Below, in pieces: positions 59,562 to 64,000 of a DNA stretch of 64,000 nt. The DNA is from an uncultured Candidatus Actinomarina sp. (GTDB lineage Bacteria > Actinomycetota > Acidimicrobiia > Actinomarinales > Actinomarinaceae), in contig CACMHQ010000003.1 of NCBI GenBank assembly GCA_902613615.1, positions 61,758 to 125,757 on the forward strand, in the 5' to 3' direction. The notes under the pieces were generated by a model. That model ran no database searches, was not told the DNA's origin, and worked only from the letters and a program-made list of their open reading frames with translations. Position 1 is the first letter of the stretch. Each line of letters begins with the position of its first letter. The position numbers and the translations under genes were made by a program.

Positions 59562-60590
59562 TTAGCTTAACCAACTTAAATTTTTTAAATAAAAATCTAC
59601 AGTTTTCTCTAAACCCAATTTAAATTCTCTATCAAAATTACCACCTAATTTTTTCAAGAGTGAATCATCTAATCCATATTTGATATCATGGCCTGGCCTA
59701 GATGGATCATTGGCAAGCATTTTATATTTGAAATCTTTATTTAAACACTCTCCAATCATTTCAGCAACTTCTAAGTTACTTATTAAACTTTTTCCTGAAA
59801 TATTTACTTTTGCGGGAGATTTTTTTTGAATTTTGAATGCTTCATCTTGAACATAGTCAAATTTATTTATTAAAAAAAATATAGTATCTGAAAGATCCTC
59901 ATTGTATATGTAGTATCTACTTCCTGGATTATTGTTACTATCGGTATGTATTATTATTTCATCATCATTGAGAATCTTCTTTATTGTATTAGGGATGAAC
60001 TTTTCAAAATGTTGTCTTTCTCCATATACATTTGAACAATGAGTAATTAATGACGGCAATCCATATGTATTTGAATATGCAATTGTTAACTCTTCCCCTC
60101 CAGCTTTTGTTGCAGAGTAAGGATTTTTAGAATTATATCTGTCCCACTCAAGAAATTTATCTTGCTGATCTGATGGCCCAAATACTTCGTCAGTACTAAA
60201 GTAATAAAACATTTTTAAGTTTTTAATTTTACGTGCAGCTTCAAGAAGGTTAAAGGTACCAACAATATTGTCTTGTATAAATAAACCAGGATTCTGAACA
60301 GACTTGGTAACATGTGACGAAGCACCAATGTGTACTATGTAAGTTACGTCATTTAAAGTATTGATAATTTCGTCTGACAGAGGAGCTTTTAAATCGTGAT
60401 AAACAAAATTTAATCTTTCTCTGGATGAATCTCCAACTTCTTCATAAATATCATCGATTCGTTTTAAATTACCAGCATAACTTAATCTATCAAAGGTTAA
60501 GATCTCCCAATCAGAATTTTCTAAAATTTTCTTTATTGCTTGGTGACCAATAAAGCCGGCACCTCCAGTCAAAAGAACTTTTTCTGTCAT
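59562..60590 (-). CDS. NDP-sugar 4,6-dehydratase (RmlB-like)
   Basis: LTGGAGFIG, DRLSYAG, SSHV..S, STDEVFG, PYSATK, RPGHD..Y; start corrected to ATG 60590. Confidence 0.92.
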   Translation of the reverse strand: MTEKVLLTGGAGFIGHQAIKKILENSDWEILTFDRLSYAGNLKRIDDIYEEVGDSSRERLNFVYHDLKAPLSDEIINTLNDVTYIVHIGASSHVTKSVQNPGLFIQDNIVGTFNLLEAARKIKNLKMFYYFSTDEVFGPSDQQDKFLEWDRYNSKNPYSATKAGGEELTIAYSNTYGLPSLITHCSNVYGERQHFEKFIPNTIKKILNDDEIIIHTDSNNNPGSRYYIYNEDLSDTIFFLINKFDYVQDEAFKIQKKSPAKVNISGKSLISNLEVAEMIGECLNKDFKYKMLANDPSRPGHDIKYGLDDSLLKKLGGNFDREFKLGLEKTVDFYLKNLSWLS

Positions 60591-60729
60591 ATTTATAAAT
60601 GATAATGAATATTTATCTATATTTACTTTAAAATGATTCAATATTTTATTGAAATAAAAGACATCAAGATAGAAATTAATATAAATACTATCTTTATAAG
60701 TAAAGAAAAAAAATTTATGAATATCAAAT

Positions 60730-62106
60730 ATGACGAAAATTGAAAATTTACTGTATTCGAAAAAAATATTTTGGATTTTAACTATTTTCTTATTTATTTC
60801 ATTTCTATTTATTCTTGTTTTCAATATTTTTTCTTTTGATCCTATTTATGGATACGATGCCGAAGCTCATTTTAGTTACATAGATCATTTTTCAAGATAC
60901 TTGCCAAGAGAGATATCATTTCCAAACCAATATGAATCTAGAGAATTTTTTAACCCACCTCTGCCTTACATAATTCCATCTATTGCACAAGTAATATGTA
61001 GAAATGTAATTTCATCTTCAAACTTTCTTGAAGATTGTCGGCCCATATACTCAAAATCTTCTCAAGTTTTCCAAACGTTAATTTATTTGGTTACTTTATT
61101 TATAAATATGTCAATCTGTAATAAATTGTCTAAAAATAATAAATTTTTTAATTTTAATTACATGATCTTAGTTTTTTTATTAGCGGTTAATTACAGGACT
61201 ATATCAATGATCAGAGGAGAGCCCTACATTTTATTTTTTATGAGTATATTGTTTTATTATTTTCTAAAAATTTCTGATAAAAACTTTGATTATAAATCTG
61301 TAGATATTTTTATTTTTGGATTAATTATTGGCTTTTTAGCTTTAAGCAGACAGTGGGCATTTCTACTTTTTCCATCATTTTTTATTGTCTATTTTTTGAT
61401 TGATAAAATGTACAGAAATAATTTTTCTAAATTCATAAGCTTATCTTTTATTATTGGCTTTATTTTTTCTGGGTGGTTTTATTTTTATCTCTATTTCGAA
61501 TACGGATCATTTACTGCTTTTAACAAAGAGAAAATGCCATTTAGCTTTTATAATCAACCTTTAAGTTTTTACTTTTCATCATTTGAAGACTTTAATTTGC
61601 TTTTTGAGAAGCCGATTAGACCTAATCTCAGTAATCAATTAATTCCAATACTTTATTCAGATTTATGGGGAGACTATTGGGGATATTTTGTGTTTACCTC
61701 CCGTTTTACAGATATAGGTAGAAATCAACTGTTAATAGGAGACTATTTGGCAAGGGTAAATATTGTTTCATTGATTCCAACTTTATTTCTCTTAGTAAGT
61801 TTTATGAAATTAAGAAAAAATTCAGAAAAAAAAGTTTTTATAAACTACTTATTTTTCTCGGTCATTATTTCTTTTTTTGGATACTTATGGTTTTTGATAA
61901 GCTATCCAGAATTTCCTACAGGTGACACAATTAAAGCAACTTACATTATTCAAATGTTTAACATACTTGTACTCCTAGGTTCATTCAAATTAGACGAAAT
62001 TAAAAAAAAGAATAAAAAATTGTATACTTCATTAATCATTTTATTTTTGATTGTCTATGTTCATAATTATTCTTCTTACTTATCACACTTTCCAATATCT
62101 TTTTAA
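60730..62106 (+). CDS. GT-C type membrane glycosyltransferase (ArnT/PMT-like)
   Basis: GYDAEAHFSY...NPPLPY first loop; about 11 TM. Confidence 0.7.
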   Translation: MTKIENLLYSKKIFWILTIFLFISFLFILVFNIFSFDPIYGYDAEAHFSYIDHFSRYLPREISFPNQYESREFFNPPLPYIIPSIAQVICRNVISSSNFLEDCRPIYSKSSQVFQTLIYLVTLFINMSICNKLSKNNKFFNFNYMILVFLLAVNYRTISMIRGEPYILFFMSILFYYFLKISDKNFDYKSVDIFIFGLIIGFLALSRQWAFLLFPSFFIVYFLIDKMYRNNFSKFISLSFIIGFIFSGWFYFYLYFEYGSFTAFNKEKMPFSFYNQPLSFYFSSFEDFNLLFEKPIRPNLSNQLIPILYSDLWGDYWGYFVFTSRFTDIGRNQLLIGDYLARVNIVSLIPTLFLLVSFMKLRKNSEKKVFINYLFFSVIISFFGYLWFLISYPEFPTGDTIKATYIIQMFNILVLLGSFKLDEIKKKNKKLYTSLIILFLIVYVHNYSSYLSHFPISF

Positions 62107-62140
62107 CATTAATTTTTCTTTTGTCTGTAAAATATAATTG

Positions 62141-62887
62141 ATGGATCCATTAGTAAGCGTAATTATTCCTTCATTTAATAGATTTGATAATTTATTGAAT
62201 GCTATAAAAAGTGTAAGTGATCAAAGCTATGAGAATATTGAAGTAATAGTTATTAACGATGGTTCAAGTGATAAAAGATATAAGAACAATACATTTGGAG
62301 ACTTCGTAAAGTTAATCAATCTAGATAGAAATTCAGTTCAAACAAAAGGATATTTTTCCGATAGTATCAGAAATTATGGTATTGAAGAATCAAATGGAAA
62401 GTATATAGCATTCTTAGATGATGACGATTATTGGTTACCAAATAAAATCAATTTACAGGTGGATAAACTAGAAAACTCAAATTTTGGTATGGTATGCAGT
62501 GATGCCTTAGCTGGGGTTGGTAAATACGATGAAAATAAAAAATACAGACTTTATAATAATGAAATTTTGTACAATGATATATCAAATATTTATAAAAATT
62601 CAAAATTAAAAAATCAATTTAGAAAATATTTTTTTTATAAATTTCAATTTCCAGAGGTTTGGAATATCAATTTTTTAAAAGTTCATAATTGTATTTTGAC
62701 CTCAAGCCTTGTTGTTGAAAAAAAACTCATTGAAAAAATTGGGGGCTTTAGAGATATCCAAACTAAAAAACACTATTCTGACTATGATTGTTGGATAGGA
62801 CTATTGACTCATACAGATTGTTATTATTTTAAACAACCCCTTTTGCATTATGATATTTCTGAGGGTATGAATGTAAATACAAAATGA
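62141..62887 (+). CDS. GT2-family glycosyltransferase
   Basis: VSVIIPSFNR, INDGSSD, AFLDDDD, GGF, DYDCW. Confidence 0.93.
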   Translation: MDPLVSVIIPSFNRFDNLLNAIKSVSDQSYENIEVIVINDGSSDKRYKNNTFGDFVKLINLDRNSVQTKGYFSDSIRNYGIEESNGKYIAFLDDDDYWLPNKINLQVDKLENSNFGMVCSDALAGVGKYDENKKYRLYNNEILYNDISNIYKNSKLKNQFRKYFFYKFQFPEVWNINFLKVHNCILTSSLVVEKKLIEKIGGFRDIQTKKHYSDYDCWIGLLTHTDCYYFKQPLLHYDISEGMNVNTK

Positions 62888-64000
62888 ATAATTTTAAGCA
62901 AGTATCAAAAAATGTTCTATACATTTCACGAGTAACAAAAGTTACAAAGAAAAAGATTAGATTATTGTTATCAGTTATTCTGTCAAACTTAACTGTGCTA
63001 ATGGACGTTTTGTTAATATTAGTTTTTGCAAATTTAATAAGCGGAGATAATTCGAAAGAATCAACTTACTACATTTTTATTAGTTTTATTGTTGAGAATA
63101 TATATCTATTACCATTACTTGTTGTTTTAAGAACGACAGTTGTTTTAATTGAAAAGGTAAACATACATTCATTACAGCTTGCAGTTGAAAGAAATCTTAA
63201 AGAGCACGTTTTAACTGAAGTATACAAAAAAGGTAATTACTCTATCGCTGATGCTACTTTTTATACAAATACATTGAGCGGCCATATGTCCTATTTTTAT
63301 GGGGCCCTGGCAGGAATGCTTAACAATATTATTCAAATATTGGTTTATTCATCATTTTTGATTTATACAGATTTTCAGACAATATCCGTTTTCTCAATAG
63401 GCGGAATAATTTTATTTTTTCCTACAAGATTTCTTTTGCTTCAAGGGAGAAAATATATGCATGAGTCATTTGTGAACGCTAAAGAAGTAGGAAGAGATAT
63501 ACAAAGAGTCATTCAAAATCTTTTTTTGATAAAAATTTTAAAAACAAGTGATTATGAACTTGATTTATACAAAAAATCTATAACTAGTTTACAAATTTCA
63601 CAATTTAGAAATCTTGCTTACGGCACTATAAATTCTCTTTTACCAAACTTTTTAACTGTTTTCACAATTTCGGTACTAGTTGCGTTTTTTAATTTTGCAA
63701 AAGCTATTACTTTAGAGTTTTTAGGAATTGTCTTACGCCTTGTTCAGACAATTGGAAACGCTAACACTACTCTTAATATGCTTGTAAATTCATCAGTTCA
63801 TATTGAAAAATTTATGGAATTTGAATCAAATAAGTTAGAGGTGGATGAAAATTATTATAAAGTAAGTGATAAAGAAATTAATGCTGTATCAATTAAAAAT
63901 GTAGATTTCAAATATTTTAATTCTGAAGATTATATTTTTGAGAATTTGGAACTAGAGTTTCCAAAAGGTAAACATACAGTTTTAACCGGAGCAAATGGAT
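62884..64000 (+). CDS. ABC transporter fused permease/ATPase, probable glycan flippase (partial, runs off window)
   Basis: Not in the ORF track; ATG 62884 overlaps the GT2 stop; open frame with about 6 TM then IKNVDFKY...LTGANG (start of Walker A). Confidence 0.88.
   Translation, partial: MNNFKQVSKNVLYISRVTKVTKKKIRLLLSVILSNLTVLMDVLLILVFANLISGDNSKESTYYIFISFIVENIYLLPLLVVLRTTVVLIEKVNIHSLQLAVERNLKEHVLTEVYKKGNYSIADATFYTNTLSGHMSYFYGALAGMLNNIIQILVYSSFLIYTDFQTISVFSIGGIILFFPTRFLLLQGRKYMHESFVNAKEVGRDIQRVIQNLFLIKILKTSDYELDLYKKSITSLQISQFRNLAYGTINSLLPNFLTVFTISVLVAFFNFAKAITLEFLGIVLRLVQTIGNANTTLNMLVNSSVHIEKFMEFESNKLEVDENYYKVSDKEINAVSIKNVDFKYFNSEDYIFENLELEFPKGKHTVLTGANG

Noticed and set aside
60591-60824. 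78-aa N-terminal extension of the RmlB-like ORF
   Set aside because: Overlaps the divergent gene at 60730; the Rossmann motif starts right after ATG 60590.
1-64000. CRISPR array, integrase, transposase, prophage genes, rRNA, selC
   Set aside because: No regularly spaced repeats or matching motifs found on inspection.

Overview
AT-rich, gene-dense chromosomal segment of a streamlined actinobacterium. WhiB, a GlnR-like regulator, type II glutamine synthetase, tiny intergenic spaces and many apparently leaderless genes point to a marine Ca. Actinomarina-like organism (inference). Bases 1-27.7 kb are mostly core genes: ribokinase, msrA, panB, rpsF-ssb-rpsR-rplI-dnaB, a complete mannitol-type PTS locus (ptsI, EIIC/EIIB/EIIA, mtlD, HPr) with an IspD/TarI-like cytidylyltransferase and a SAF-domain oxidoreductase, selA-selB, iscA-like, glnR/glnII and argS. 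From 27.7 kb to the end lies a cell-surface glycan region with four tRNAs: Arg(UCG), Lys, Asp and Phe. Downstream of tRNA-Phe is an additive island, where two decayed copies of the tRNA-Phe 3' half delimit gene cassettes. The standout is a four-gene operon (44061-47521) inside the glycan island: nucleotidyltransferase, kinase-fold protein, 2-epi-5-epi-valiolone synthase (EEVS signature) and SDR. It suggests an NDP-activated C7-cyclitol (carbasugar) used to decorate the cell envelope. The island also carries a PAPS/sulfotransferase module and several Gtr-type extracytoplasmic glycosylation modules. All calls come from motif reading only; no database search was run.
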